Shown: positions 1 to 11,457, counted from the first letter of the stretch. The stretch is 47,287 nucleotides of DNA from Planctomycetota bacterium (GCA_039815285.1 JBCBZP010000021.1:1-47287); one strand, 5' to 3'. A program made the numbers and translations. Notes: a model not told the origin generated them from the letters alone.

Positions 1-697
1 CGAGCTGCTCGAGTCTCGCGCGCACGACCCGGCGGGTGGGGGGGCGCTGCCGTCGCACCGGCTGAGCTGGCCCGGCGGGTCGGAGTTCTTCTTTTCCGAG
101 CACGCCGCCGCCGAGCGGGCCGCGGCGCTCGGGCTTGAGCTCGGCGACGCCGGGGACGGGGCGACCGTCCGCGAGCTGCACGAGAACGCGGAGCTGGCGC
201 GGGTGATCGACGAGCTCGGGGGGCTCGGGCTCTCGATCGACGACTACCTGCTCGTGCGTGAGGAGTCGATCACGGGGCAGAAGCTGCCGGCGAAGTACGC
301 GTGGTCGACGGGCGGCGACGCCGAGAGCGACGCGCCCCCGGAAGGCGGCGCCCCCGAGGGCGTCGACGACGAGTCGGCGACGCCGACCTCGGCCCGGACG
401 ACGCGTTCGGGCGAGCGGCTCTACGAGGCGGCGAACCTGCGCGAGATCATCACGGCGCTGCACGAGATCGGCCGGCGGGGCTACGAGGTCAAGCGGTTCA
501 AGGGGCTGGGTGAGATGAACGCCGAGCAGCTCTGGGACACGACGATGGACCCCGAGCGGCGGGTGCTGCTGCGGGTGACCTGGGACATGGCGGGCCGCGC
601 CGAGTACCTGTTCAGCACGCTGATGGGCGAGCAGGTCGAGCCGCGGCGAAAGTTCATCGAGGACCACGCCCTCGAGGTGAAGAACCTGGATATCTGA
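1..697 (+). CDS. gyrB: DNA gyrase subunit B, C-terminal part (5' end lies outside the window)
   Basis: The frame is open from position 2 to the stop at 695-697. The translation ends ...KRFKGLGEMNAEQLWDTTMDPERRVLLRVTWDMAGRAEYLFSTLMGEQVEPRRKFIEDHALEVKNLDI, the canonical GyrB C-terminal (Toprim/tail) signature, and includes an acidic/Pro-rich insertion. Third codon positions are strongly G/C. Confidence 0.9.
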   Translation, partial: ELLESRAHDPAGGGALPSHRLSWPGGSEFFFSEHAAAERAAALGLELGDAGDGATVRELHENAELARVIDELGGLGLSIDDYLLVREESITGQKLPAKYAWSTGGDAESDAPPEGGAPEGVDDESATPTSARTTRSGERLYEAANLREIITALHEIGRRGYEVKRFKGLGEMNAEQLWDTTMDPERRVLLRVTWDMAGRAEYLFSTLMGEQVEPRRKFIEDHALEVKNLDI

Positions 698-990
698 AGC
701 CGGGCACGCCGACCTCTGCGGGTGTTCAAGCGGGAACAGAGGATCGCCCGGGAACAAGCGGCGATGTGAGCGCTGCGAGCCTTCGTTCGTGCAGGCATTT
801 TCGTCGTAAGGCCCGTTTCTCTGAGAGGCCCAAGCACCACGCGAGACGGCGCCACGCGTGCCGTCATCCCGACGGTGCCCGAAGGGTGACGCGTGCTGAA
901 CGATGAATCGCAGCGGGGCCGGTTCGAGGCGGATTGTGACCGAATCGGCGCGGAGAGAAGTGCTTCGGCAGGTACTGATCGGGCCTGTTG

Positions 991-1030
991 AGAACGAACG
1001 AGAACGGGCGAGAACGGGCGAGAACGGGCC
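991..1030. repeat. 10-bp tandem repeat (agaacgNNcg x4) in the gyrB downstream intergenic region
   Basis: agaacgaacg agaacgggcg agaacgggcg agaacgggcc, read directly. Confidence 0.85.
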
Positions 1031-1275
1031 CGCCGGCGGCATCTTCGTCTGCCTGCAGATCGCCAGCGTGTTCCCAACGCTCGGGTTCTGAGGGCCGAGT
1101 TCAACCGCCCGCGGCGCGGGGGAGCTTCCGGTGGCAGCAGGCTACATCCCGGGGTTCCTGCGTCCGCTTAAGCTCTTGATTGATCGCTCACCTCGGTTCG
1201 ACGCGCCGCAACGGCCGTGGATGGCACCTGTATGGATAGAGCATCTTTTCGAACGGTCGGCTCGAACACGCGAGC

Positions 1276-1791
1276 GTGCGATACCCCGAGCCACTTCCCA
1301 TCCAGCCCGGCCAGAGAAGTGTCTGGTCCTTCCCGCGGCCACCGGCGATCGAGCAGGAGCCAGAACGTGTGCGGGTCATCGCCGAGGGGGCGACGCTTGT
1401 CGACTCTGTGCGCGCGGTGCGTGTGCTCGAGACGAGTCACCCCCCCGTGTACTTCGTACCACCGTCCGACATCGTGACCGACCGGCTCATGCTCAGCGAG
1501 CGGCTGTCCTTCTGCGAGTGGAAGGGGCGTGCCGAGTACTTCGATCTACGGCTCATAGAGGGTCGCGCTCTACCGAGCGTCGCGTTCAGCTATCCCGAAC
1601 CCTCGGCGCGGTTCGAGGGATACGCGGGCTGGCTGTCGTTTTATGCGGGCTCGCTGGTAATCGACAACGGCGACGGCTGCTTCGTGGGGGAGGAACGCGT
1701 CGCGCCCCAGCCCGGTGGCTTCTACAGCGGGTGGATCACGCGGGCGTACGCGGGGCCGTTCAAGGGCGTGCCCGGCAGCGCGGGTTGGTGA
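1276..1791 (+). CDS. DUF427 domain protein
   Basis: Motifs ETSHPPVYFVP...FCEWKGRAEYFDL and VAFSYPEPSARFEGYAGWLSFY match the conserved DUF427 (PF04248) blocks HCPYKG-A-Y and d-AW-Y-P-i-g-v-F. High-GC3 coding frame. Confidence 0.7.
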   Translation: MRYPEPLPIQPGQRSVWSFPRPPAIEQEPERVRVIAEGATLVDSVRAVRVLETSHPPVYFVPPSDIVTDRLMLSERLSFCEWKGRAEYFDLRLIEGRALPSVAFSYPEPSARFEGYAGWLSFYAGSLVIDNGDGCFVGEERVAPQPGGFYSGWITRAYAGPFKGVPGSAGW

Positions 1792-2250
1792 TGGGTGATA
1801 CCCCTCCTCGGCAACATCGCACGGACCAAGTCCAAACATGGGGTCGTGCCACTCTTCGAGCGTGTGTCGTGCAGTCGTGCATCGCATCGACAGAGGCGAC
1901 GCGATTCTGCTCAGGGACTGCCCACAACAGTCGCCAAGCCGATTAACTGACTGACCGGACCTACCTCCCGGAGTAGATCACACCCGTAGAAACAACGGTG
2001 AAAAGTTGTTGAGTCGACGAAAGCAACGCCGCTGCAGCTTGGGCAAGCTCCTAGCGATCGATCGTAACCACTGCTGGGAGCGACTTACACTCTACTGAAG
2101 CAACGTCGTCTGGTAGTACAAGCTGTTGCGACCTCCTGCTTGTCGCGAATAGACAAAACAAGATACTTAAACACGGTCACACGAAGAGACAGTCGCGAAC
2201 AACATCCGTAACATTCAGATACGAAGGCTCAACTCGCCACCCGATAGCGA

Positions 2251-2979
2251 TTACGGGCAGGTGGGACCTGTAGGACCAGCAATAAATGCGGTGAGCCAGG
2301 AATTGAAGTCATCAGCTCCGAGCTCGCCATTACCGTTGATGTCGGCCTTTAAGTCGTTGTTGATGAACGCGTTAAGCCACGCGTTAAAGTCGTCAGCTCC
2401 GAGCTCACCATCGCCATTGACATCCGCACAAAGCGATGACGTATCAACGGTGATCGTGAGGGGTGAGACCGAGAGCGAGCTCTGGTTCACGCCAGGATCA
2501 GTCGAGTACGTCACGAGCGAATTGCCCTGAACGAGGACAACGGCGCCGTCGTAGTCGATCACCAGTTCGCCGGAAGCGTCTGCGCCAAGCACGACATCAA
2601 AGCTTGCAAGCGTGGTCGGGCCCGAAGCGATACCGCCGTCGAAGCCGCGGCCACCCGCGGCTCGGAAGAGCTGGGCGTTCTCAGGCTGGATGGCCGCTGT
2701 TTGACCAAAGTCGAAGGCTGTCTCAACCAACGGACTGGCACCTTGGATACCGGTGGAAGCGTCTCCGGAAACCACGGCATTGCCGCCGAAGCCGTAGAGG
2801 CCCGCAGCTCCGAAGACACCACTCGAAGACTCGCCAAGGGTGAAATCCGCGACAAGCGAGACAGTCACTGTATCGCCCGGGGCTGCAGAATCCGATGCTG
2901 CCTGAAGCGAGATTGAAGCCGATTGTGCCGCGACGCTGCTTGCAATGCAGCATACGGAAGCAACAGAAAACTTAAACAT
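2251..2979 (-). CDS. secreted protein with C-terminal tandem dockerin-type Ca-binding repeats
   Basis: The track ORF is 2251..3069, but its first 30 aa translate an AT-rich promoter region. An internal ATG at 2979 (MFKFSVASVCCIASSVAAQSAS, signal-peptide-like) is preceded by GAGAGG 7 nt upstream. The C-terminus reads DVNGDGELGADDFNAWLNAFINNDLKADINGNGELGADDFNSWLTAFIAG, two EF-hand-like dockerin repeats. Confidence 0.7.
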   Translation of the reverse strand: MFKFSVASVCCIASSVAAQSASISLQAASDSAAPGDTVTVSLVADFTLGESSSGVFGAAGLYGFGGNAVVSGDASTGIQGASPLVETAFDFGQTAAIQPENAQLFRAAGGRGFDGGIASGPTTLASFDVVLGADASGELVIDYDGAVVLVQGNSLVTYSTDPGVNQSSLSVSPLTITVDTSSLCADVNGDGELGADDFNAWLNAFINNDLKADINGNGELGADDFNSWLTAFIAGPTGPTCP

Positions 2980-3436
2980 GATGAACCTCTCGTATTTCCA
3001 GCGATTGGACTTCGTCAACAGTAACGCATGTCTGCTAAATTCTGTCAAAGATACAGCGGTTTTTTTCAAAAGATCAGATAGTCTGACCCTTCATGATATG
3101 TCTCCGATATACTGCTGTCGAGCACAATTTTTTTGCCCAAAGACCTATCAAAATACGAACTTCAAGAGATTCTCTTGGAGACACTTCGCATGAAGCATGA
3201 AATGGGAGTTGTGTTTGCTCCACCGTCGGGGCTGATCGATTCAGTGACGACGCGAGCGTGTCGACTGGCTGAAACCGAATAAAATTTCAGTGTTCGCTCT
3301 GGATGAATGCGGTCGCCTGCGAAGGTGAGTGTCAGCTGATTTTCGGCGCGATCTTGCACATGCTGCTCGGGAAGCAGAAGGAAGTCCTGGATCAATGCTT
3401 GCTGCGTCTCGCGTGTGTGGGCGAAGCCCTGCAAAG

Positions 3437-3510
3437 CACCCCCGGCAGGGCTCGAACCTGCGACACCGGCTTTAGGAAAGCCGTGCTCTATCCACCTGAG
3501 CTACGAGGGC
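3437..3510 (-). tRNA. tRNA-Arg (anticodon CCT)
   Basis: The reverse complement folds as a cloverleaf: acceptor GCCCTCG/CGGGGGT, D-arm GCTC-AGGTGGATA-GAGC, anticodon stem CGGCT/AGCCG with loop TTCCTAA (anticodon CCT), T-arm GCAGG-TTCGAGC-CCTGC. CCA is not encoded. Two G-U pairs in the acceptor stem. Confidence 0.8.
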
Positions 3511-3638
3511 ACAGAGGAACGCTAGGCACCGGCAAGGACGGTACAAAGCGTGAGCGTTCCTGTTCAGGCGGTGCCCGCGTGGGTTGTCACGAGAACGCCC
3601 CGCCATGGCGGTGCATCGGCGTTGCCGGAGCGGTCCAG

Positions 3639-5327
3639 TCAAGGGCTTTCGGAGGTCTGGCTGACCGAACGTGAGTCTTGTTCACCGCCGCGCTCGTCCC
3701 GCGTGGACTGATCATTTCGGTGAACCATGGTGTCAAGCATTGTGCCGATCAGAGCCGTCGTTTCGGAGTCTTGTGAGCGGCCGGTTCGTGAACCGGTATC
3801 TCCCGGGGTGTTCGAGACCATGACGCGGGGCGTGATCTCGATCGAGTTCTCGCCGACGATCTTGAGCACCTCGATGAGCGCGGCGTTGCCCGAGCCGATC
3901 TGGTCGGCGATCAGGCGGAAGGCGTCGGCCTGGGCTTGGGCGCGGATCTGGATCGCTTCGGCCTCGGCCTGGGCGGCGATGACCGCCTTCTCCTTTTCGC
4001 GGCTGGCGATCTCGACCTGGTACTCGGCCGTGGCGAGGCGGCGTTCTTCCTCGGCCTCCTGCTCGGTCTTGGTCAGCGCCTTCTTCTGCTCGGCGGCGCG
4101 CTGCTGCTCCCGGAAGGTCTCCTGCTCCTGCAGCGCGATCTCGCGGTTGCGCTGGGTCGCGAGCAGGTCGCCGAGGGTCTCCTCGTTGCCGACGTCGCCG
4201 ATGCGGACGGCGAGAACGCTGACGCCGAGGTCTTCCATGGCGTCCTGGAGCATCGCCAGCGACTGGCTCTCCTGCTTGGACCGCTGGTTGACGTAGTCGA
4301 GCGCCTTGACGCTCTCGGCGTTGTTCCGGAAGATCGCGCGGACGGCCGAGTTCATCTTGCTCAGCAGGGGTGTCTGCTCGGAGCCGAGCTTGGCGACGAC
4401 GATCGGCGCGTTCTGGGGCTCGATCTTGTACTCGACGCGCACGTCGACTGGGAAAGTAAAGCCGTCGCTCGTGCGGACGGTGATCGCGGCCTGCTCGATG
4501 AGGTTGGCGTTCACGGTAACGGCGCGGTTGGCCTCGGCCTGCGCGGCGGTGAAGCGGAGGATGGTTTCGCGCGTGGAGACGTTGGTGACCTCGAACGCCC
4601 TCGGGTTGATCGGGTACGTGCCGGGCGGCAGCGGCACGGCGCGCACGCCCTTCTCGCCCGTGTCGGCCAGCGTGACCGGGTCCTCGTCGTCCACGATCGC
4701 TCGGCTGATCGTCGGGTCGGCGCCGAAGTTGCTCTTGAGCACCGCGACCTCCGCGTTGGCGACGTTGGTCGCATCGACCATCTCGACCTTGAACAGCTCG
4801 GTGTTCACGCGGTACTTGCCCGGCGTGAGCACGTTGGACTGCGGGCCCTTACGCCCGCCCTGGGCGAGGAAGTGCGATGGGTCTTCCACGAACTTCTTGA
4901 ACTCGGCGGGCTCGACCTCGGGGGCGAAGACCTGACCGGGATCGAGCGGGTCGCCGTCGAGCGCCTCGACCAACCCGACTTTATCGGAGGGGACCTCGAC
5001 GAGCGGCACGGTCGATACGTCGTAGACGATCGGCCAGAAGCCGGCCTGCCAGCCCGGGGCGAGGACGTCGGCCTGGATGCCCATCTCGCCGCCCGTGGCG
5101 ATAATCCGCCCGCCGCCGAGCTTCGAGCCCAGGGCGTTCTTCTTCACGATGCCGACCTCGGTCGGACCCACGTAGCGGATGCTCGAGAACGCGAGCCCCG
5201 CGACCACGGCGACCACCGACAGCAGCAAGAAGCCGTAGCGCATCGCGCTGCTGGCCCAGAACTGCACCGCTCCGGCGAGGAACACAAGGGCCACCAGCAG
5301 GCCCGTGACAATCGACACCATGCCCAT
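3639..5327 (-). CDS. flotillin-like SPFH/band-7 domain protein
   Basis: N-terminal TM segment (MGMVSIVTGLLVALVFLAGAV), SPFH core, and a long Ala/Glu/Gln-rich coiled-coil tail (EQKKALTKTEQEAEEERRLATAEYQVEIASREKEKAVIAAQAEAEAIQIRAQ) typical of bacterial flotillins (YqiK/FloA-like). Start chosen at ATG 5327, with a GAGGAG RBS 7 nt upstream; the track ORF extends to 5375. Confidence 0.75.
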   Translation of the reverse strand: MGMVSIVTGLLVALVFLAGAVQFWASSAMRYGFLLLSVVAVVAGLAFSSIRYVGPTEVGIVKKNALGSKLGGGRIIATGGEMGIQADVLAPGWQAGFWPIVYDVSTVPLVEVPSDKVGLVEALDGDPLDPGQVFAPEVEPAEFKKFVEDPSHFLAQGGRKGPQSNVLTPGKYRVNTELFKVEMVDATNVANAEVAVLKSNFGADPTISRAIVDDEDPVTLADTGEKGVRAVPLPPGTYPINPRAFEVTNVSTRETILRFTAAQAEANRAVTVNANLIEQAAITVRTSDGFTFPVDVRVEYKIEPQNAPIVVAKLGSEQTPLLSKMNSAVRAIFRNNAESVKALDYVNQRSKQESQSLAMLQDAMEDLGVSVLAVRIGDVGNEETLGDLLATQRNREIALQEQETFREQQRAAEQKKALTKTEQEAEEERRLATAEYQVEIASREKEKAVIAAQAEAEAIQIRAQAQADAFRLIADQIGSGNAALIEVLKIVGENSIEITPRVMVSNTPGDTGSRTGRSQDSETTALIGTMLDTMVHRNDQSTRDERGGEQDSRSVSQTSESP

Positions 5328-5554
5328 GACAACGCTCCTCTGGCTCGGCCGACAGCCGAGCGATGCTTCGATCATCGCCCGAGAATCGGCGCTGCCGAGC
5401 CTTGAAACCTTATACGGACCGGGGGTGTCTTGTTTTCGGTGTCGCCCGGGGCCGTCTTCTGCAGACTCGGCGCGCGGCGAGGGCGTGGTCTTCGGGTAGG
5501 GTGAAGAGCGCTGCGATCGAGAGAGAGGTCACTCGTCCTGTTCAGGAGTTTCTG

Positions 5555-7861
5555 ATGCGATGTTCCGCGTTGATGTGCTCGCCCACCCGCACACTGATCG
5601 CCGCGACAACGATGCTCGCGGGCGCGCCGGCATCGCACGCGACATGGTCGATCCTGCTGATGGACACCGAGTCTGGCGAGATCGCCGTCGGCTCGGCGAC
5701 GTGCCTGACTGACTTCGACCTGCTGCGTAGCACGCCTGTGATGGTCGCTGGCGTGGGCGCGGCGACGGCGCAGTCTTTCGTCGACACCGGCGGCTTCAAC
5801 CGGACGCGCGTGCTCACGGGGCTCGTACGAGGGTCCTCGCCGGGGATGATCCTTGACGGGCTCGCCGCCGCGGACTTCGGTCACCAGACACGGCAGTACG
5901 GGCTTGTGTCGGTCGATGGCCCGCTGACGTTCACGGGAACGCAAGCGGGCGCGTTCGCAGACGGGCTGGTCGGCGTGCTGCCGGACGCGGGCCCTACGGG
6001 CGGCGACCTGTTCTACGCGATCCAGGGCAACGTGCTGACGGGCGAGCCCGTCCTGACGACGGCGCTCACGGCGATCAAGACCACACCCGGGCCGCTGACC
6101 GACCGGCTGATGGCGGCGATGGAAGCATCGCGCGATGCCGGGGGCGACGGCCGGTGCTCGTGCAACCAGGGCGGGCCGACCGCCTGCGGGCCGACACCAG
6201 ACGTGTTTGAGAAGTCGGCCGACATCGGGTATGTCATCGCGACGCGGGCGGGGGATACAGACCGCAGCCGGCTGGCGTATCAGATCTCGGGGGAGGGTTC
6301 GCCGCGGGTGACGGCCCAGATCGGAGACGACGGCCGCATCCGCCGAGTGGTGACCCGACGCGGCACGACGCTGGAGCTCTTCGAAGCCGTCGCGGGACCG
6401 CTCCTGACGAGCGCCGCGGCGCTCGATCCGATCGGCGAGTTCATCCCCCCCGGTGGTTTCATCTCTTTCGAAGGCTTTGCCGACCGTGCAGACGGGAGCG
6501 GCGCGCTCGTCACCGTTGGGGGCTCGGCGGTGCGGATCGTGCCGATCGCGGCGACGGGCGGGGCCCTCGGGCTTGAGAACACGATCGAAGTGCAGGTGCC
6601 GGCCGCGGGTGTGTGGGCACTCGACGATTTCGACCGCGATGGGGTCACCGATCTGGCCGGGCTTGGGTTTCTTTCGGCGTGGATCGCGTATGGGATCGAC
6701 GGGCCGGTGCAGACGTTTGACGTGCCGGGGTTCGTGGTCGGTGCGGCCGCGAGCGGGGGTGACCTGTTCGCGCTCTCGACGGCCGGGAGCGTGCTGAAGA
6801 TCCCCGCGTCGGCGTCGCGGTCGCCCGGTGTGGCCGAGTCGGCCGACGCACCGATCTCGGCGCAGGTCGTCGCGGGCGACTTCGACGGGGACGGTCAGAG
6901 CGAAGCCGTCTTCGCGACGCCGGCGAACGAGCTGGTGCTGTTTTCGCCCGGCGCCGTGCCGCCGACGCGGGTGCTCGCGGCGCCGTCATCAACCCCGACC
7001 TCGCTGTCGGCCGGAGACGCGAACGGGGATGGGCTCGATGACCTGTACGTCTCGTCGTCGAGCGCCGGGCTCATTCTGTTCAACGATCCGGTCTCGCCGG
7101 GCGTTTTCACATCGAGCACGTTCCCGGTCGTGACGGGCGCGTCGGCCCTGCTCGGTGACCTCGGCGGCGACGGCGTGGCCGAGCTCGTGACCGCGACCAA
7201 CAGCGTGTTGCGGGTCTTCCCCGGCACCCAAGCGGGCCCGTCCGCTGTCGACGGCTACGCGAACGGCGATATGTACCTCCGGCTGAATGTCGCGTTCGCC
7301 AAGAGCGAGGACCCCGACCCGGTCGATCAGCTCCGGGACCAGTACGACGCGTGGCGGGCGGGGCTGGCGGGCGTCCCGGACGGGATCTTGTCCACCCTGA
7401 CGATCGACCGGAACGCGATCGGCGCGACCGACGCGTGCTCGGCGTTGCTGACGGCCACGCTTATCGACCTCGACGGCATGCCTGTGACGGGCGTCTTACC
7501 CGATGACCTGGTCGTCGTATCGTCTCAGCTCGGCATCGTGGAGGCTGGTCAGTTCTCGTTGGTTGGCGACGGGGTGTTCGAGGCGGTTGTCGGTGCGACC
7601 GGCGGAGTGGGAACGCGGACGCTTGGTCTCGTGGTCGACGTTCCGGGAGGGCGGCCGGTGACGCTCACCGAGGGCGTCGAGATTTCGGCGGAGCTCCCTG
7701 CGGACATCGACGGCAACGGCCGTGTCGAAGGCGCCGACTTCAACGCGTGGCTGACCGCGTTCCTGCTGGGCGACCCGGCGGCCGACCTGACCGGCAACGG
7801 GCAGCTCGACCTCGACGACTTCGACGCGTGGCTTGAGAGCTTCCTCGACCCGTGCGGCTGA
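5555..7861 (+). CDS. large secreted multidomain protein: DUF1028 (Ntn-hydrolase-like) + FG-GAP repeats + Ig-like domain + C-terminal dockerin
   Basis: ATG 5555 is preceded by CAGGAG 7 nt upstream. Signal peptide MRCSALMCSPTRTLIAATTMLAGAPASHA. N-terminal TWSILLMDTESGEIAVGSATCLTDF...VMVAGVGAATAQSF matches the DUF1028 core. Repeated DFDxDGxxD/E FG-GAP-like motifs follow (VAGDFDGDGQSEAVFAT, SAGDANGDGLDDLYVSS, LGDLGGDGVAELVTAT). The C-terminus DIDGNGRVEGADFNAWLTAFLLGDPAADLTGNGQLDLDDFDAWLESFLDPCG is a dockerin pair. Confidence 0.75.
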   Translation: MRCSALMCSPTRTLIAATTMLAGAPASHATWSILLMDTESGEIAVGSATCLTDFDLLRSTPVMVAGVGAATAQSFVDTGGFNRTRVLTGLVRGSSPGMILDGLAAADFGHQTRQYGLVSVDGPLTFTGTQAGAFADGLVGVLPDAGPTGGDLFYAIQGNVLTGEPVLTTALTAIKTTPGPLTDRLMAAMEASRDAGGDGRCSCNQGGPTACGPTPDVFEKSADIGYVIATRAGDTDRSRLAYQISGEGSPRVTAQIGDDGRIRRVVTRRGTTLELFEAVAGPLLTSAAALDPIGEFIPPGGFISFEGFADRADGSGALVTVGGSAVRIVPIAATGGALGLENTIEVQVPAAGVWALDDFDRDGVTDLAGLGFLSAWIAYGIDGPVQTFDVPGFVVGAAASGGDLFALSTAGSVLKIPASASRSPGVAESADAPISAQVVAGDFDGDGQSEAVFATPANELVLFSPGAVPPTRVLAAPSSTPTSLSAGDANGDGLDDLYVSSSSAGLILFNDPVSPGVFTSSTFPVVTGASALLGDLGGDGVAELVTATNSVLRVFPGTQAGPSAVDGYANGDMYLRLNVAFAKSEDPDPVDQLRDQYDAWRAGLAGVPDGILSTLTIDRNAIGATDACSALLTATLIDLDGMPVTGVLPDDLVVVSSQLGIVEAGQFSLVGDGVFEAVVGATGGVGTRTLGLVVDVPGGRPVTLTEGVEISAELPADIDGNGRVEGADFNAWLTAFLLGDPAADLTGNGQLDLDDFDAWLESFLDPCG

Positions 7862-7968
7862 CAAACGCCTCAACCACTACGAATCACGCCGACTACTCCT
7901 CGCGCGTGTAGGAACACGCTGCGGCGACTATGTTGTTATCATTATCCAAAATAGGCGTCCAAGAGAAA

Positions 7969-8604
7969 CTAACGTATTCCCCACTCACCGCATGCATCCT
8001 TCGCTGCTTCTTGGCACTCAGAAAACGTTGGCCAAGCCCGATCGTCGTCATCAACTACCGCGAACACACCTTCCAGCAAGCGCCCAATCGCCTGTGCCAA
8101 GGCAACCTCAAGAGGAGCACCGGCCAGACCGCCGCTCACCTTCGCCGATAGATCGGGAAACGTTCCCACACTGGTGGTGGTAATAGCGTTCTGAATACTA
8201 CCTACAAAATCGGTTCTAAGTTCTTGCGACACCCCAACCACCTCGTGGCTGGTCACCGCAACCCACTCACCGCGGGCATCGATTGCAAACGCGCTTCCTC
8301 CTGAAGAATACGTTGCAACGTTCGAACGTAGACCGAAGTCGATGATCGCCTCCGGCATATCAAGAACGACAGCGACTTCTTGCCCGTCTGGTCCCGTGAT
8401 GACCCCGTGGAAGGTGAGGTTGCCGTCGAAATCGACATGATCAAAGTCGGCATCCTCAAGCTCGAGCACAATTGTACTGTCGGTGCCGTAGTCCGCCTCA
8501 AAGATCATTGATCGACTGACTTCGCCGGGAGTAACCTGCGCGGCCGTAGTCAAGCTGATGCTCGCCCCAACGACTAGGCCGAGCGTGCTTATAGATGTGA
8601 TCAC
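7969..8604 (-). CDS. secreted hypothetical protein
   Basis: 211-aa ORF with N-terminal signal peptide (MITSISTLGLVVGASISLTTAAQV) and an acidic mature protein. No family recognised. Lies in a somewhat lower-GC stretch. Confidence 0.5.
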   Translation of the reverse strand: MITSISTLGLVVGASISLTTAAQVTPGEVSRSMIFEADYGTDSTIVLELEDADFDHVDFDGNLTFHGVITGPDGQEVAVVLDMPEAIIDFGLRSNVATYSSGGSAFAIDARGEWVAVTSHEVVGVSQELRTDFVGSIQNAITTTSVGTFPDLSAKVSGGLAGAPLEVALAQAIGRLLEGVFAVVDDDDRAWPTFSECQEAAKDACGEWGIR

Positions 8605-8808
8605 GATTTTCCCCCTGATACAGTTGTACCTTGACGAGCGTGTGTCGCGATAGGTCGACTATTCCTGCCCATAACCGTATCGGACTATCCGCTTACTCAC
8701 AACCCGGTGCAGTTCGTTTTTCTGTATTTTTTCCTCGCACGCAGAACCGCCGGCTATGACTCATCGCCGGCCAGGTCGTGTGTCTGATCACCCGGCATGG
8801 AGGAACCG

Positions 8809-10263
<1,455 letters not shown>

Positions 10264-10332
10264 CTTGTGCGACGAGCAGACATCGGATAGTCTGGTCCCC
10301 AAGGCGTTGCAACTTCACTATGAGGAGCAAAC

Positions 10333-10947
10333 GTGATCCACCCCATATTCGCAGTCACGGTCGCAGCAAGCTTTTTCGTGGGAACCTCCGACGCTCAAGA
10401 GGCGACTCTTCTTGAGCAGAACGATATTATTGCGCAATTTCATGATCTTAATAACGACGGCAAGATTTCTGCTCGCGAGACGGCTGATCAGGTGTACGCG
10501 CATCTCCAACAGCTCATCTTTTCACCAGATAACCACAATATTTCATCACGAGATGTCGTGATACAATACGCAAAGAGCCTATGCGCCGATCTTGATGGAA
10601 ACGGCATCATCTCAGCGAGCGATTTCTTTGTCGCAGTCTCTGGAGCAACTCGTGATCACGCTACCATCTTCGATGGTGACTTGAATGCCGACGGCATAGT
10701 CGGTCATGATGACCTCACACTCGTTCTTCAAGCACAAGGCAAGAGTGTGGCGCTGACCGACGTACAGGCTCTTAATTTCGTGCAGGACCTGCTCCAGGCA
10801 CGGATATCTGGGTACACAGCCCCCAAAGCATCGCCTGAGCCGAACGACGACCATGACGCCCCAGAGCCCCTACACCGAGAACGGGCAGCCACCACGCACC
10901 CCAGACAACACGCAGCCCGTCGGATGGCGGCCGCCCGGCGAGGATGA
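10333..10947 (+). CDS. secreted Ca-binding (EF-hand/dockerin-like) protein
   Basis: GTG start with GGAG 5 nt upstream. Signal peptide MIHPIFAVTVAASFFVGTSDAQE. Motifs DLNNDGKISARE, DLDGNGIISASDF and DGDLNADGIVGHDDLTLVL are EF-hand/dockerin-type loops. Lower-GC region. Confidence 0.55.
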   Translation: MIHPIFAVTVAASFFVGTSDAQEATLLEQNDIIAQFHDLNNDGKISARETADQVYAHLQQLIFSPDNHNISSRDVVIQYAKSLCADLDGNGIISASDFFVAVSGATRDHATIFDGDLNADGIVGHDDLTLVLQAQGKSVALTDVQALNFVQDLLQARISGYTAPKASPEPNDDHDAPEPLHRERAATTHPRQHAARRMAAARRG

Positions 10948-10959
10948 GGGGATGCCCGC

Positions 10960-11457
10960 GTGCGATATTGCGTACGACTAACATTCTCTTTATTATGTAT
11001 GTTCTTTGTCGCCGCGTGCGCACGGTCGCCGAGCGTGGTTGTTTTGAATCGGCAAGGTGAAACCATTTATGGGTATATACAGGCACCCCGCGCAACCCCC
11101 TACCACGGCTTCGGGTGGGCGAAGCCAATATCACAAGCCTCCAAAGCGGCTTTTTCGGTCGGGCCCGGCGAGACCGTTGACCTCAGCCGCGTCGCATCTA
11201 ATGGTATGAGGTTCGATTCACGGCGATCGTCGACATCGCTGGTGTTCCGAAAAGCGAGTCTGGATTGGCGTGGGGTCCGCTTCGGCGGCGGGTGGAGCCA
11301 ACCGGTCTGCATCGAGGTGCATGACGATCCTGAAAATGATATCGGATATGTACTCATCAATGGCCGAGTTGAGCCGTTGATAGCGGTCGATTCACCGTTT
11401 GATTTTCTCAGCGATGCCGCCCCGCCATTCCTCGAGTGGACAACTCAGCGTCAGTGA
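10960..11457 (+). CDS. hypothetical lipoprotein
   Basis: GTG start. N-terminus MRYCVRLTFSLLCMFFVAAC has signal-peptide character with a lipobox-like VAAC. No family recognised. Lower-GC region. Confidence 0.4.
   Translation: MRYCVRLTFSLLCMFFVAACARSPSVVVLNRQGETIYGYIQAPRATPYHGFGWAKPISQASKAAFSVGPGETVDLSRVASNGMRFDSRRSSTSLVFRKASLDWRGVRFGGGWSQPVCIEVHDDPENDIGYVLINGRVEPLIAVDSPFDFLSDAAPPFLEWTTQRQ

Noticed and set aside
2980-3069. N-terminal 30 aa (MKKTAVSLTEFSRHALLLTKSNRWKYERFI) of the dockerin-protein ORF
   Set aside because: This is translation of the AT-rich promoter region containing TTGACA/TTGACG boxes. The internal ATG at 2979 has an RBS and starts a proper signal peptide.
3936-5405. 489-aa plus-strand ORF antisense to the flotillin gene
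   Set aside because: Its product (GADLDRFGLGLGGDDRLLLF...) is Arg/Leu/Gly/Asp-rich low-complexity text typical of the reverse frame of a high-GC gene. The flotillin frame has the recognisable domain signature and RBS.
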